The position numbers were made by a program, and so were the translations under genes. From Octopus vulgaris (Eukaryota), in the NCBI GenBank assembly GCA_951406725.2, contig OX597822.1, forward strand, positions 59,582,001 through 59,646,000: 64,000 bases of DNA. Reading direction: 5' to 3'. Within the stretch, counting starts at the first letter, position 1; each line of letters begins with the position of its first letter. This document shows positions 1-12,859 of this stretch, piece by piece. The notes under the pieces are model-generated. The model saw nothing but the letters and a program-made list of their open reading frames with translations. It was not told the origin of the DNA and ran no database searches.

Positions 1-134
1 GCTGATTATCCCCGAGAACCACGTTAAGGGTACACGTGTCTGTGGAATGCTCAGCCATTTGCACGTTAATTTCACGAGCAAGCTGTTCCGTTGATCGTAT
101 CAGCTGGGACCCTCGTCGTCGTAACCGGCGGAGT
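1..134 (+). mobile_element. 3' part of a SINE-like interspersed repeat (cut by window edge)
   Basis: Similar to the diverged repeat at ~47190-47320 (CGTTAAGGGTACAC..TGTGGAAT.CTC) that follows a tRNA-like head. Confidence 0.5.
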
Positions 135-163
135 TTTTAAATATATATACATATATATGTATA

Positions 164-1053
164 CGAGGTCTGATCAATAAGTACCTGGATTGTCGTCATA
201 ATAACGAAGCTAAAGCACGCAGAGTAAAGCCGCTCGGCACAGATTGACACCGATCTCTGCTGTGCATGTGCGCTAAGTTTATAACGTTCTAGCTTATTTC
301 TGCTGTTTACAGTAGTGCTTGAGATTAACGTAACAGGTGGTCGTCACATTGACCATGACAGAAAAAAGTAGTCATGGCTATGCCTGCTCAGAGGTCTACG
401 CAAAGTTGCAGAAAGTGTATGGGGAGAAGTGTATGAGTCGCATACAAGTGTACGTGTGGTTCAGACATTTTCAGGATGGTCGAAAATATGTAGATAGTGA
501 CGAACGTGCTGGTAGACTCACAACCAGCAGAACTGAGATAAACATCACGGATGTGCGTGCAGGTGTGAAGGGAAATCGTCGAATCACCATCTGTGAATTA
601 TCAGAGGGTGTGCAGGTTAGTTACGGTTCATTCAGTCCATTATCACTGAGTATTTGGGTACGAGCCGCATATCGACCAAGTTTGTACCAAAACTGCTTCC
701 AGCAGACTAAAATGACACTCGGGTTTCAGTTGCACAAGATCACCTTGATTGTATCGATAACGATGAAAATGATTTGGAAACTTTGCGTAGGTGTTTGAGC
801 AGGTATCGCCAAACTTTTGGCAAAATTTGATACAAATTCCATGTTCAGCTTTCTGCGTCATGGTCAATGCGACGATCACACGCTACACACCTTCCTTCCA
901 AGCACTGCTGTAAACAGCGAAAGCGAGTTAGAACGTTTAAACTTAGTGCACATGCACAGCAGAGTTCAAAGTCAATCTATGCTAAGCATTTCCACTTTGC
1001 GTGCTTTAGCCTCGTTACTATGGCAACAGTTCGGGTACTTATTGATCAGACCA

Positions 1054-1055
<2 letters not shown>
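164..1055 (+). mobile_element. Non-autonomous mariner derivative with long inverted arms (5' end duplicated in reverse)
   Basis: TA|CGAGGTCTGATCAATAAGTAC ... GTACTTATTGATCAGACCACT|TA. Arms are ~164-405 and ~779-1055. Encodes only a mariner N-terminal HTH fragment (KVYGEKCMSRIQVYVWFRHF..DERAGR). Second copy at 34239-35732. Confidence 0.9.
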
Positions 1056-1127
<72 letters not shown>

Positions 1128-1133
1128 TATATA

Positions 1134-1322
1134 AAGGGAAAGTTTACGAAAATAAACAAAAGATGAAGGCAATTGGAGTACACACAAACAAATGTATTAG
1201 TATAGCGCTCAGGAATAGAAAAAGTCTTTTACGTTTCGAGCCTACGCTCTTCGACAGAAAGATACACAGAAAAAACAAGGAGAGAAAAAAATGCGTGTAG
1301 GAGCTAACGATATATCATGGCG
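1134..1322 (-). mobile_element. Solo Penelope-like pseudo-LTR fragment next to (TA)n
   Basis: Matches 62064-62272, the 3' pLTR of the PLE at the window end. Confidence 0.8.
1225..1262 (-). ncRNA. Minimal type I hammerhead-like ribozyme (variant core)
   Basis: UCUUU CUGUCGA A GAGC-GUAG-GCUC GAAA CG UA AAAGA: stem I UCUUU/AAAGA, stem II GAGC/GCUC, palindromic ACGU stem III. Confidence 0.7.
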
Positions 1323-2908
1323 TCCACGATGGACTTACGTAGCAATCGAGATTGTCACCCGAGGAATATAGAATATCGTGATGTATTTGCATTTAGTATG
1401 TTAAACTAAACAAATGATTATTTTCATCCATTACTGCTTCTGCTTCATGTGACGGACTTTTTTCATCTAGTGCCTAATTGCTGCGCCAGTGTTATTTTTG
1501 CATTCGCTGTTTTCCAATATTGTTTACTTTTGTCTATGAATACATGCTACTGTGGAAGCCTAAAGAAGCAGAAATGAATGCATAACATTCTCACTACCAT
1601 TGCTGAAGGATTTTCGTTGCTTCTTATGTATGTGTATCACCTCTGGACGAGTACCACAGTAATTTTACATATCCCGGTGTATTTGCATTATGTATGATAC
1701 ACAGATAGCAATTTAAATCTAACACCGTTTCTATTGTATGTAACGGATACATGAGTGTGCGTGTGTGTGTGTGTGTGTGTACACGTGCGTGCGTGTGTGT
1801 GTGTATATGTGTGTGCGCGTGCGCGTGTGTAAAGAGGTTTCTGACGACTGAATTTATTTTCAAAAATAGAAACAAGAAAATAATTTGAGAACTTATTGAT
1901 AAAAGAAAGTACTTGAATTTTTATCAAAATATGTTACATTAAAAGACAATGTTATTTTCATATAAAAGGGAAAACATATTGAAATTTATTGAATTAAATT
2001 AATATTTCACGATGTCTGTGCTGGAAGTTCACACCTTTTCCCTGTAAAAATCACATGGTACCGAAATTTCGTGAAAGTTCAGCACCGTGTGATTGTTGAA
2101 AGAAAGGCATATGAAATTCCAGAACTGACAGCATGAAATAACTTCCAGAACTGATACCTTAAAATAACTTCCAGAATGGGTATGAAATATGAATTTAATT
2201 TAATACATTTCAATTTATTTTCGCTTTTATTGCAGCATGACGAAATCAACGTTTTACGTGATTGAAACCGGTAGCATATTTTGATAAAAATGTCAAAACT
2301 TTGATTCATATGTCGATGAAAAAGTTCTTAAAGCATTTTCCTTTTTCTGATTTTTTTGTATTTTGATACATATATTCATATATATAATCATGCATATGTA
2401 TATGTGTGTATGCATACACACATACATACGTACATACAGACTTACATATATACAAACATATGTACTCACACACACAAATACGCAAGCGCATGCGTACGTG
2501 TGTGTCCTTGGGCTCCTTTTTAATTACCATATGCTGGTTAAATGAAAATAAAGAAATCTAATTTTTTAAAAATTCATGAAGTGAAATATACGGAAGGACG
2601 TAATATGATACTTTGAAATAATGAACTTGAATTTTTTATGGTCCATTTTGTGCATGAATGTCAAGTATCATAGACATAACATCCGCTTTATTAATAAATA
2701 TTTATTTATAATTATTGATATTTATTTTTTTTTAATAAACTTACATTAAATACCCGATTCTGTTTCAGCGGCATGAATAATCGGGAAAAAGTTGATAGAT
2801 ATTTATGTATTTGCAATCGATGACCTGTATAGTTTTGAATGAGTTCATTAAGTAATTGTAGACTGGATAGAATGATTGGTTACAGATTTCTAGATTTTTT
2901 AGTATTCT

Positions 2909-3140
2909 TATTTCTTTATTGCCCACAAAGTGCTAAACATAGAGGGGACAAACAAGGACAGACAAAGGGATTAAGACGATTAGATCGACCCCAGTGCATA
3001 ACTGGTACTTAATTTATCGACTCGAAAAGGATGAAAAGCAAAGTCGACCTCGGCGGAATTTGAACTCAGAACGTAACGGCAGACGAAATACCGCAAAGCA
3101 TTTCGCCCGGCGTGCTAACGTTTCTGCCAGCTCGCAACCT
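2909..3140 (-). mobile_element. tRNA-derived SINE family A (Meta/MESC-like core), tail type 1
   Basis: GCGAGCTGGCAGAA A-box-like head, GAGTTCAAATTCC B-box, CTTTTCATCCTTTTCGAGTCGATAAATTAAGTACCAG core. Flanking direct repeat ATTTTTTAGTATTCT. Confidence 0.88.
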
Positions 3141-3319
3141 ATATTTTTTAGTATTCTGACTCAATAACGGCAATTTACAAATTATGCTTTGTCTTAAGCC
3201 ACTCTATTTATTACAAGGTAGAAATAAATTCCAGTTATTAACTATTATGAGTGTATTGGATCTCTTTAGACTAATTTTCTCAAGGAAGTTGGCGTTCGCA
3301 TTCATGTAGGCGTGGCGTT

Positions 3320-3486
3320 CAGTGCCGCCTTAACATCATTATCAGTTGCAGGGTAAATGAAAGTACTAGGCATATAATATTTATTTATTGACAAGCCCCG
3401 GCGTATATAGATTAGAATTGAGCCCCTTAATTTGTGGGACTGCCGGCGCAACCGCCCAAATGTACCCTTTTCTTAAGACGGCATTG
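3320..3486. mobile_element. hAT-type MITE
   Basis: TIRs CAGTGCCGCCTTAA / TTAAGACGGCATTG. Decayed 8-bp TSD GTGGCGTT / ATGGCGCC. Confidence 0.6.
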
Positions 3487-3699
3487 ATGGCGCCATTTGG
3501 GTAAGAGGGAAAAGAATAATTGATTTCTCGAAAGTTTAGACAGATTCAAACACAGATACTAATTTCTAATACTTGTTTACCAATGAAAGATAAACAATGC
3601 AACTCACGACATATGCAACATAATGTGGATATTATTTTCTGCCATTTTAGCAATCAATATATATTAATCATTTGGTCGCCAACATTTACATATTTGCAT

Positions 3700-5560
3700 A
3701 TTTGCATATTTATGGTCACCTTGTTTAAGTTGTGTTTAACCCATTGTATCTCGCTATTCGTCTGATGTCGCTGAAGGAGAGCTTTGTAGGACAATGTGTA
3801 GTCAGAATGGTTGTTAGGATAGCGACGATTTTGTGTAACACTGGCAATACGCCATAAAGATTGTTCTTGTAAAACAATTTCATGAAACTAATGGAAGTGC
3901 AAAATGTGTATAAATCCTTCTATTCATTTAGGAGATCCAAATCAATACCAAAATATGATGCAGCAACGTAAGTGTTCATTTGCGGCATCTGTTGCATCAG
4001 AATTCATACAAATATAGCTGAGTGCACAAAATATATCTTGGATATTTCTATTAAATCGCATTTCCATTTCCCCACAAATTGTCTCATTGAAATAATAGAT
4101 GGGTATGCTTTGGCAATCTTTGGCAGTGGGATCCAGTGGCCCTTCCATTGCTGATTCATCATGATTTATCAACCAGAGCTAGAAATCGGTGAGATACCGT
4201 TTTCTTAGTGTAACTCTTTCCACCTTGACCGAAACGTGGGTGCCTCAGATGATTGCTTTCATTGTTTAATCTAAGCTGTTCAATACATTTTCAAACGCTC
4301 TTAAAATTTCCTTGATTTCTGGAGTAAGAGTTTTCGTGATTGCTGTAGCGATTCTTGTAGTTGTTAATAGTAGCTACAGGCTTTCTCTTGGGGTATTTCC
4401 TGATGTTTATCTTTGGCAGTATTATTTTTGGCAATAAACCAGTTTGACAGCACAAGCAGTCGAAATCACATTTGGTATTAATATTGCATTACTATGTGGA
4501 CATATTTTGGGGTATTGATTATTTGTCAATTATTTACTTAACTTTGGCTTTTACGTCTACGTGTGTACAAGACTACTTTGTTATATAACGACTCGTAATA
4601 CTTTTAAAGAGTGAATGCCATTTGGCATTGCTTCCAGAAACTTGTACTTTTAAAGCTTTTATCATGAGTATTTTCTAAACTGTTATCGTGTTGTTAAATA
4701 CTTGTCACTGAATCAAAATTTAGATGTACAGCGCAATGAACATATGTGGCAGCGGAAAATACCTTTATTCTCGTTGGCTACTTTCTACGACCACTACTCA
4801 TATTTGCTGCGCCATCAAGTTTTCTCAAATTTTATCTCCAGCTTCCAGAAAACATTTTTGACAAAGTTATAGGGAACCATTCCTTCAGTAGAAATCATTG
4901 CGTAAAATCTGTAATGTTTCCTTCAATAATACTTCTAAGGCAGATTGCATTACCTTCAGTTGATGCCGAAATTTTCCTCAACGATATTTTTATAATAAAG
5001 TGTAATGCCGAATAAAGTATCATCAGCTACGTTGTCAAGAAATTCGAACTGGACCATTGATGAGATCTTATGTATGTGTGCATCTAACTGATTTTTCCGT
5101 TTATCTCCTAGTCAAAAGATTCCTCTAACCAAAGTTATAGAATGTTACTACGTTTAGCAGTAATATTTAAAGTTTGCCTCTCTGTATCTTTGTTGAGCTG
5201 TTTTGTTGGGCAATGAGCAATAGAGTTGTGATAATAATTTTCAAAAAATGTTGGTGTCACTCCACTTGAGTGAGTTATTTAGTTGACATAGACATTTTAT
5301 GCTTTACATTCATTCGAATGACTATCCACTTGATCATGGTCAATCGAATCGATGACAGACATTTTTCAATACTTTGTAAACTAGATAGTTTCGATTATAT
5401 AAGTAAAAGCTGAATCACGTTATGTGGATGACGTGAAGCATGGCATTTGTCATTACCATAAACAAGCCAAGGATAATTTTCAAATATTTCAGTCCTGAAA
5501 TTTCTCAAACTCCACTACTTATCAAATTTCTTTGGATTATATTGTCAGCATTAGCTGATT
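3700..5560 (-). pseudogene. Heavily decayed hAT transposase (ZMYM1-like)
   Basis: Collinear remnants: RNF..ENYPWLVY (TTF zinc finger, ~5480), ATYVHCAVHLN (CxxH, ~4730), YYFNETICGEMEMRF (~4080), ILTTILTT..KLSFSDIRRI (hATC dimerisation, ~3780). Many stops and frameshifts. Confidence 0.7.
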
Positions 5561-6730
5561 TTGGTTCATTTTCAGTGATATTAATCTATGGCCACAACGG
5601 ATTAATATCACAATCTGTGATATTAATCTGTGGAAACTTATGGACCATATTCAGATCATCGTTATTTTTGCCACTCGAGAAACCATGCTCTATAAAAATT
5701 TGAGACATGATTGCATTATCCTGATCATTATTGGCTACAAAGTGGTTCTGGGGATATTTAGGGATATGTCAGTGTTTTTCATTATCCTTATCTTTTTAAC
5801 CGAAACGTATGGTACTGAATAAGTTATTCAGAAAAAAATGCATTTAGTAACTTTTTGTAATACTGATGTAAAAGTACAACCTTACTCTAATTAACAGTTC
5901 TAGCGCGACTTTCATTGCAACGAGTATCTATTTGTTTGTTGTATTCTGCGCATTTGGTGCATGACGTTAAAACCATTTGCGTGTTTTGTTTTTCTCTATG
6001 AGAGTTAACGTACACAATTTGGACTTAATGACTGACAAGAACCGGGAAGGGCGTTCATATTGTGTTGATCAGTGTTACTACAAATAGATTCTTGCATGAG
6101 CTTGTTCGGTTTTCTTCTTCCTTAAGTCGTACAAACATTGGCATATTGTAGTTTAATAACAGGCAGATGGGAAATTTCCAGGATAATCTGCAATGTGCGA
6201 AAGCGAAACTGGAGTATAAGAAAGGATTTACATACAAACAAAAAGTTGGGGACAAATTCAAGTTGGCTGTTTGACAGAAAAAATGGTTGATTATATAAAT
6301 CGGCAACTACTTTCACTTTATTAAAGATTTTGAATCTTTTAACTGTATCCGATCTTTCTCTTTTTAATTGCCCTAATATTTTCAACTGTTTTAATAGATT
6401 TTTTTCACCACTATTTTACATGTCTATATTGTTTCAAACATAAAATGTCACTGTCTCATTTTCAGGATTTATTCAGATATGGTTAAAGAATATCATTAAC
6501 ATGTGATACGACTCTGATCTCTTCAAACTATCACGTTTGTGGTAGCAGGCGTGTTTGATATACAGTCAACGATTACAATTTTAGTATGCCCACCCTGAAG
6601 ACACTGGTCCTGAGCAGCAATTATAAAACCTTCTGTTTTTCAATAGCAATTAGCAAACCTTCTGTTTATCTCACTTAAACCTTCTGTTTCTCTCGTTTCA
6701 ATCAGATCTCTCTTGTTTCTATTTAATCCT

Positions 6731-6965
6731 CACCACCACCACCACCACCACCACTACCACCATCACCACCACCACCACCACCATAATCATCATCATTATC
6801 ATCATCGTCCTCGTCGCCGTCGTAGATGTTGCCGTCGGACGTGGTGGCGGCGGCGTTGACGACTACAGCAACACTCCAAACACCACTTCAATCTAATTAT
6901 GATGATCATTACAATCTTCTTCTTCTTCTTCTTCTTCTTCTTCTTCTTCTTCTTCTTCTTCTTCT
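6731..6965. repeat. Trinucleotide repeats (CAC)n, (CAT)n, (CTT)n
   Basis: Directly visible. Confidence 0.9.
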
Positions 6966-7462
6966 CATTATTGTAGTGTCAGCAACACCATCGCTTTAAG
7001 CCGCTCGTAATTTTGTTCTCTTTCAAAAATCTTTAAAGAAGCTATGTTCAAAATTTTCGCACTATGCATTATGAAAAATCCCAGAGGTACTAAGGACGCT
7101 ATTTTCTTTGTATTTTCGCCCTTCAGGGTAAACTTGTGAAATTTCTTTTTCTGATATTTGTTATTTTTCTTCTCTTTTTAACGAGCATGGTGTCACATTA
7201 TTAGGTGGAAAGTCAGGAGAGTGAGGTTGTAAATTGGAAGTAATGTTTTAAATCCACCTCCCCCATGTTATACTAAAGTATCCCCATCACCACTACAGCC
7301 GCCATCTGTGACAAATGAAACAACAGCATTGTCAATGAAGACAACAACAGAAATAAAAATGAAAACATCAACAATAGAAATGAGAAACAGGAAAGGGAAA
7401 ATTTAAATTGTTGCTTCAATATACCTGAAAATTTTACCTCTGTCACCACCAGCATTAACATT

Positions 7463-7795
7463 GAGAGCTCCCTCGGTCATGAATGACCATGAGATGGCAC
7501 CTAGAAAGTTACCCTCCAAGGTACAAGTCCAAGCAAGGTTGTTTATGGAAGACTAGCAGTCGCCCATGTATACCGGCCTCCTCTCTCCACGCCACCGATG
7601 TTATCCAAGAGAAAGGCAAAGGCCGATAGAGCTTAGCATCAGTGACGTCCCAACTTATTACTACAGCTGAGTGAACTGGAGCGACGTGAAATAAAGTGTC
7701 TTGCTCAAGAACACAACACGCAGACCGGTCTGGGATTCGAACTCACAACCTCACAATCGTAAGCTCGACACTCTAACCACTGAGCCATGCGCCTT
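7463..7795 (-). mobile_element. tRNA-derived CORE-type SINE family B
   Basis: Reverse strand: GGCTCAGTGGTTAGAG..GAGTTCGAATCCC head and TTGAGCAAGACAC core. Homologous to 25571-25890. Confidence 0.85.
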
Positions 7796-8039
7796 TACAC
7801 CATTAACATTATCGCAATGAAAATATCAAATCATTACGATCATAAAATCTAGTGTTTGCGGTTTTGCCATTGCCGTATGGTAAATGGTAAAAGTTTTTGT
7901 CGCCACCATCAATTTTTTAAAAACGCGAAAAACCTCCTCTCTTGTCTGGTCGAAACATTTGAGGTGTATACAATTGTTCGTGATTGTTGAACGCTTTCTG
8001 CCTTCAACGGCCAAGGTGTCACTTGTGTAATGACACAAA

Positions 8040-8480
8040 CCATCTAAAGGCTTTCTGTCCGCAACAAAGGAGGAGAGGAGGGGGACAATCATCTAGCTTG
8101 GTCGGTTCTGAAGGACGTCGGGGAACCCATGGATAACTTCTACAAATCATTGGCGTGGTAGTGTTGTCAGGGCTGGAGGCATTGCCTGTTTGAGATAAAC
8201 TTTATATGCATGGATGTGCAAACAGCTATGCCGGTCCGATATGTACGCAGAGTGGCAAAGCTTTTCTGCGCATACGCGTTCTGTGCTCGATTATTGTTGA
8301 ATTGTGGAGTCATGCTGAACACCTATTGTCACATGTTGAACGTATCCAGCTATCAGCTGAGTCTATAACGGAGATCACTACGCTTAAAGACTGACAGTGT
8401 TTATCTGTTTGGTGAACTTAGCGAAAGAGGATGTGTGGTAGACCAGATGGAAAGGGCTGAAGACAAATACATTTTCTTGC
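8040..8480 (+). mobile_element. Decayed L1/Tx1-like LINE C-terminal (zinc-binding) fragment
   Basis: EALPV*DKLYMHG..PIC..CSIIVELW resembles the zf-RVT region. Confidence 0.45.
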
Positions 8481-8489
8481 CTAAAGTTT

Positions 8490-9625
8490 TACGGTTTACA
8501 CACCTTTTTGTGAATCCACATTGTATCTGGTCTATTGGCCTTAGTTTCTCTATCTGTGTGTATTGGCATATCCCAGAGTATTGTTGCTTTCTCGTTTTCT
8601 GTGACCTTTTCTGGCATGTGCGTATATCCTTCTTTTTTCTGTTGTTATTCCATAGTGTTGGCATAGCTTCCAGTGTATGTAGGTCCCAACTCTGTCGTAT
8701 CTGTGAATATATCCATCTTAGCCAGGACTGTCCTTCGTAATACAGTGTAGGCAAAAATGCACCGGAGTCTTTAGTCATCTGTCATGTCACAACAAAGACC
8801 TCGTCCTTCTATCCAGTGTTGATATTTCCTCCTTAGTCCATTTTAGGATGAACGCACTATATCTGACCACTGCAACTACCTAGATATTCATTGGCATTCA
8901 GGTCGGATTTCAACACATTCTTCAATCTTTTTTAATACGCCTCGCTGACCTTGACTTTCATTTCTCTGTGCAGAATGTCATTCAGCTCCAAAAGCGCTAA
9001 ATATCTATATCTTTTCGTGGGTTCACCCATGGTCTCTCCTGATGGTAACCGCAATCCTCTGCAAGCTGCTTTCTTCCCTCTTTTCATATTAAGTACTGAG
9101 CATTTGGTGATCCCAAATTCCATACTGATATCCCTACCAAACTTCTGGACTGTTTTGGTTAAGGAATCTATCTGTTTTTCAGAGTTCCCAAACAATTTCA
9201 GATCACCCATAAACAGAAGATGGTTCAATGATGGGCCTTTCATCCCACATAAGTAACCCATCTTAACTTTCCTAAGTGTCATTGTTATGAGTATTAGTGA
9301 ATTTACAAAAAGTAACGGATAAAACGAGTCATCCTGGAAGATTCCCCTTTTAATATTAACTTCTCCAAGGAATACATTGCATGAGTACAATTTGGTTTTC
9401 CACCCTTTCATGCTATGCATCGGAAAATTTATGATGTTGTCAGCAACACCAAACATCTCCAGGCATTCAACGATCCAAAAATGTGGCATCATATCATATT
9501 CTTTCTTAATGTCAATCCAAGCCATAGACATATTAGTAGGATGCTTTTTACAATGCCCCAAAACTATTTTATCGATGGCCAAGTGATCCATGGTGTCCTG
9601 AGAACTCTTTCTATATCCTTATTGT
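8490..9625 (-). mobile_element. Dong/R4-clade LINE fragment (RT plus restriction-like endonuclease), degenerate
   Basis: MAWIDIKKEYDMMPHFWI, RGIFQDDSFYPLLF, HLLFMGDLKLF. Downstream RYDRVGTYIHWKLC and ATILWDMPIHTDRETKANRPD (RLE). Confidence 0.88.
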
Positions 9626-9653
9626 AACTATTATAATAATAATTATTATTATT

Positions 9654-10192
9654 GAGTGAGAGAGCAGTTCATGCCATCAAAGTGACACTGGGGCAAAATA
9701 TACGAAGCCCAATATACCCATCATGACTACCAGTCTGATAAGGGTACACCAGGCACATGCATCGCAACCATATGTGCGCGACATGGTGATCTCATATCAA
9801 GATAAACAGCACATGACCTTGCAGGTGGGACCCAGTTAGAATTTTCTTCAGGTTGAGTAGCCCATCCTGCTCAAAAGGTCCCTGAATAAGGGTTGTTTAA
9901 GGATGTTGAACGAACCACCCATGTTTCCAGAGGTGAATTATTCAAATCTCAAAGAATCCCTCTCAACATATGGCTATGATGCTCTCCCACTACTTCTGCT
10001 CATGATCAGAGGTACACATATCGTCAGCCACTAAGGGACATGCTCAACTGGTTAAGGCCAAACAACTGACAAGCAAATCTGTGGTATTGAGCAGAATATT
10101 TGCTGTAGCCTATCTTTTATACCAAGACAAAGCAATGTACATGATAACACTTCCAATCAGTTAAGATCAGAAGCCATGAGAGCCACTGCCTG

Positions 10193-10193
<1 letters not shown>
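9654..10193 (-). mobile_element. ~540-bp non-coding retroposon-like repeat, copy 1, flanked by (ATT)n
   Basis: Near-identical copy follows in tandem and there is no long ORF. Orientation is inferred from truncation of copy 2. Confidence 0.7.
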
Positions 10194-10225
<32 letters not shown>

Positions 10226-10652
10226 GAGAGAGCCATCAAAGTGACACTGGGGTAAAATATACGAAGCCCAGTATACCCATCATGACTACCCGTCTGATAG
10301 GGTACACCAGGCATATGCATCACAATCATATGTGCGCGACATGGTGATCTCATATCAAGATAAACAGCGCATGACGTTGTAGGTGGGGTACAGTTAGAAT
10401 TTTCTTCAGGTCGAGTAGCCCATCCTGCTCAAAAGGTCCCTGAATAAGGATTGTTTAAGAATGTTGAACGAACCACCCATGTTTCCAAAAGTTAATTATC
10501 CAAACCTCTAAGATTTCCTTTCAACACACGGCTATGATGCTCCCCCACTACTTCTGCTCGTGATCAGAGATGCACATATCGTCAGCCACTAAGGGACATG
10601 GTCAACTGGTTAAGGTCAAACAACTGACAAGCAAATCTGTGTATTGAGCAGA
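10226..10652 (-). mobile_element. ~540-bp repeat family, copy 2 (truncated at right end)
   Basis: Aligns with ~9660-10095. Followed by (ATT)n at 10654-10783. Confidence 0.7.
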
Positions 10653-10722
<70 letters not shown>

Positions 10723-10728
10723 ATTATA

Positions 10729-10784
<56 letters not shown>

Positions 10785-10785
<1 letters not shown>

Positions 10786-10997
10786 GGTGGTGAGGTGGCA
10801 GAATCGTTACCGCGCCGAAATAAATGCTTAGTGGTATTTCTTCCGAACTTACGCTCTGAATTCAAGTGCAGTCGAAGTTAACTTTGCTATTGATCCTTTC
10901 GGGTTCGATAAAATAAGTACCAGTTGAACACTAGGATAGATATTATCGACTTACCCCGCCCCCGAAATTGCTGGCCTTGTGCCAAAATTTGAGAACC
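10785..10997 (+). mobile_element. SINE family A, tail type 2
   Basis: Same head and core. Tail CCCCGAAATTGCTGGCCTTGTGCCAAAATTTGA. Starts directly after (ATT)n. Confidence 0.8.
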
Positions 10998-12059
10998 GTT
11001 AATATTTATCAATGTTGATATATTTGACCCATATAGCATGAATACTTGTTTTTTTATTCTATCTTCGAAACACGATCTATCTAAGCATTACTTAGAAACG
11101 AAATATTGCAGTACTTATGAAATAAATTATATTTGTCTTAGGAAGAGCTGCACAAGGATGTAGATAATACAAAAAGGAGGGATGGTTATATCCTATCTTT
11201 ATTGTATTTTGATAGTGAGGGATGGTTATATCCTATCTTTATTGTCTTTAGATAATTTCGAAATAAAGTGATTAATGTTTCTATGAGTTTCAGTTCACTT
11301 AATTTCTAATCTATTATGTTGAAACTGTAGCTGATGTCGACGATGACTAATACATATTATGCCAATTACCTAAATTCTGGCATTGAATTTAGTTTTTAGT
11401 ATAAATATGCGTAATGTTTTCTTTCATTTCTGACATCACCGCTTATCAGTATTATCTTCTCCTCAGTTCTTTAGGTGGTTCTGTCATAATTCTTTGATTT
11501 CAATGTCTGGATGTAATTTAGAGATCTCACTTCTAATTAATCTGACTTTTTATACAGTAGCTTTGATATTACTTATTTTTTCCTCTCCATTCCCAACTAA
11601 ATTCATGTATGATTTTAAGTAGGTTTCCCAGAAGAACAATGTTCTTTGTAAAATAGTTTTAAATCATTCATAGAGAGGAGAAGCGAAGAATATTTTTACC
11701 GTTTAGTCAGCAAGGAAGGGCAGCGCCTACAGCCCTTCCTATTTTTAAAGCCTCTGAAGCTGATAGGAGGAAGGGTGGAAGTTAAACTCAAGCCAAAGAC
11801 CTAGCCTGAATGCTTATAAACGGAGGAACTCCGCTAAAGGTACCCAAGAGTAGAGTGCTAGTGTTAAATCGAACAAGAGATTAAGCCACCCAAGAACTTG
11901 GAATGAAAAGAGCAAGAAGAAATATATTAATAGAATAATATTTCACCCTGAATTGGTGATTTATTTTATCAATCTCGAAAAAGAGCAGGAACAAATACTT
12001 TATGATATTAAGACATCTGTTATACGCCCTAACGATTCCGTAAATTCACGGTCTTTATA

Positions 12060-12560
12060 AATTGTCTAAAGCATTTATGACCATTGGATTTTTTTGCAGG
12101 AGATTTCTCACTAGAGTAAGAATGAGGCAGATAAGCAGAGGGGATAAGAATTCTACATGTGCCAAGGGTTGGTTTTTAAATTTTTTTTCTGTGATTTACT
12201 GTGGCACGTTTGTTTTTTCTTTTGACATATCATGGTTGATATTCTGTCTCACTATCGGAGCTGCGTTCTTTACATGTAGGGCCTCCAATGACCATGAAAA
12301 TGTTTATTGTAGACATGTTGTGTCCCTAATAGCCATATAGTCAGAACTTGTTTCTCGGTAAACATTCAGCAGTATCAGCAGCTATGAAATAGCAGCAAGC
12401 ACTAAAAGAAATGCCGAAATGATGGATGTGTTTACCGACATGTGTAACAACAGAGTAGCGCCCTCCCGTAAGAGCAATACTAATTCCCTCGCCAACATAA
12501 ATGGTGCACCGGCTCATATGCATCAGCCAGAATCCTTCCCACTCTTCTTCCGTCTCCTTT
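12060..12560 (-). mobile_element. Possible decayed LINE ORF1 (gag-like) fragment
   Basis: TIYVGEGISIALTGGR weakly resembles the region preceding Tx1 ORF1 zinc knuckles. Confidence 0.25.
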
Positions 12561-12859
12561 CTCGATTGCTTTCACTTTTCCAATTTCTCGCACCATAACA
12601 AATAGAAATAAGAGATTGGATCATATCAAAACAAGAGAAAAGTTGAAAAAAAAAAAACCGGATAATGTCAGTTGTATTACAAAATATTACTATCAGGAAA
12701 CAAAAGCAACAAAAAGGACGTCAACGTAAAAAAAAAATACATCCACTAGAACAACTATAGGAAATGCCAAACAAAAGAAACAACAAACTCAGCATATATA
12801 CCGTAAATATCAACAACAATAGCAAGAAAAATGACAAGAATAACCACAACACATATTCT

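Noticed and set aside
10175-10200. Minus-strand ATAATAACCAGGCAGTGG resembles the U1 snRNA 5' end
   Set aside because: Short match, partly formed by the (ATT)n flank, with no further U1 similarity.
11176-11246. Short spaced direct repeats (also 16900-16942 and 37155-37205), CRISPR-like at a glance
   Set aside because: Only two or three units, slippage-type duplications in eukaryotic DNA, no cas genes.
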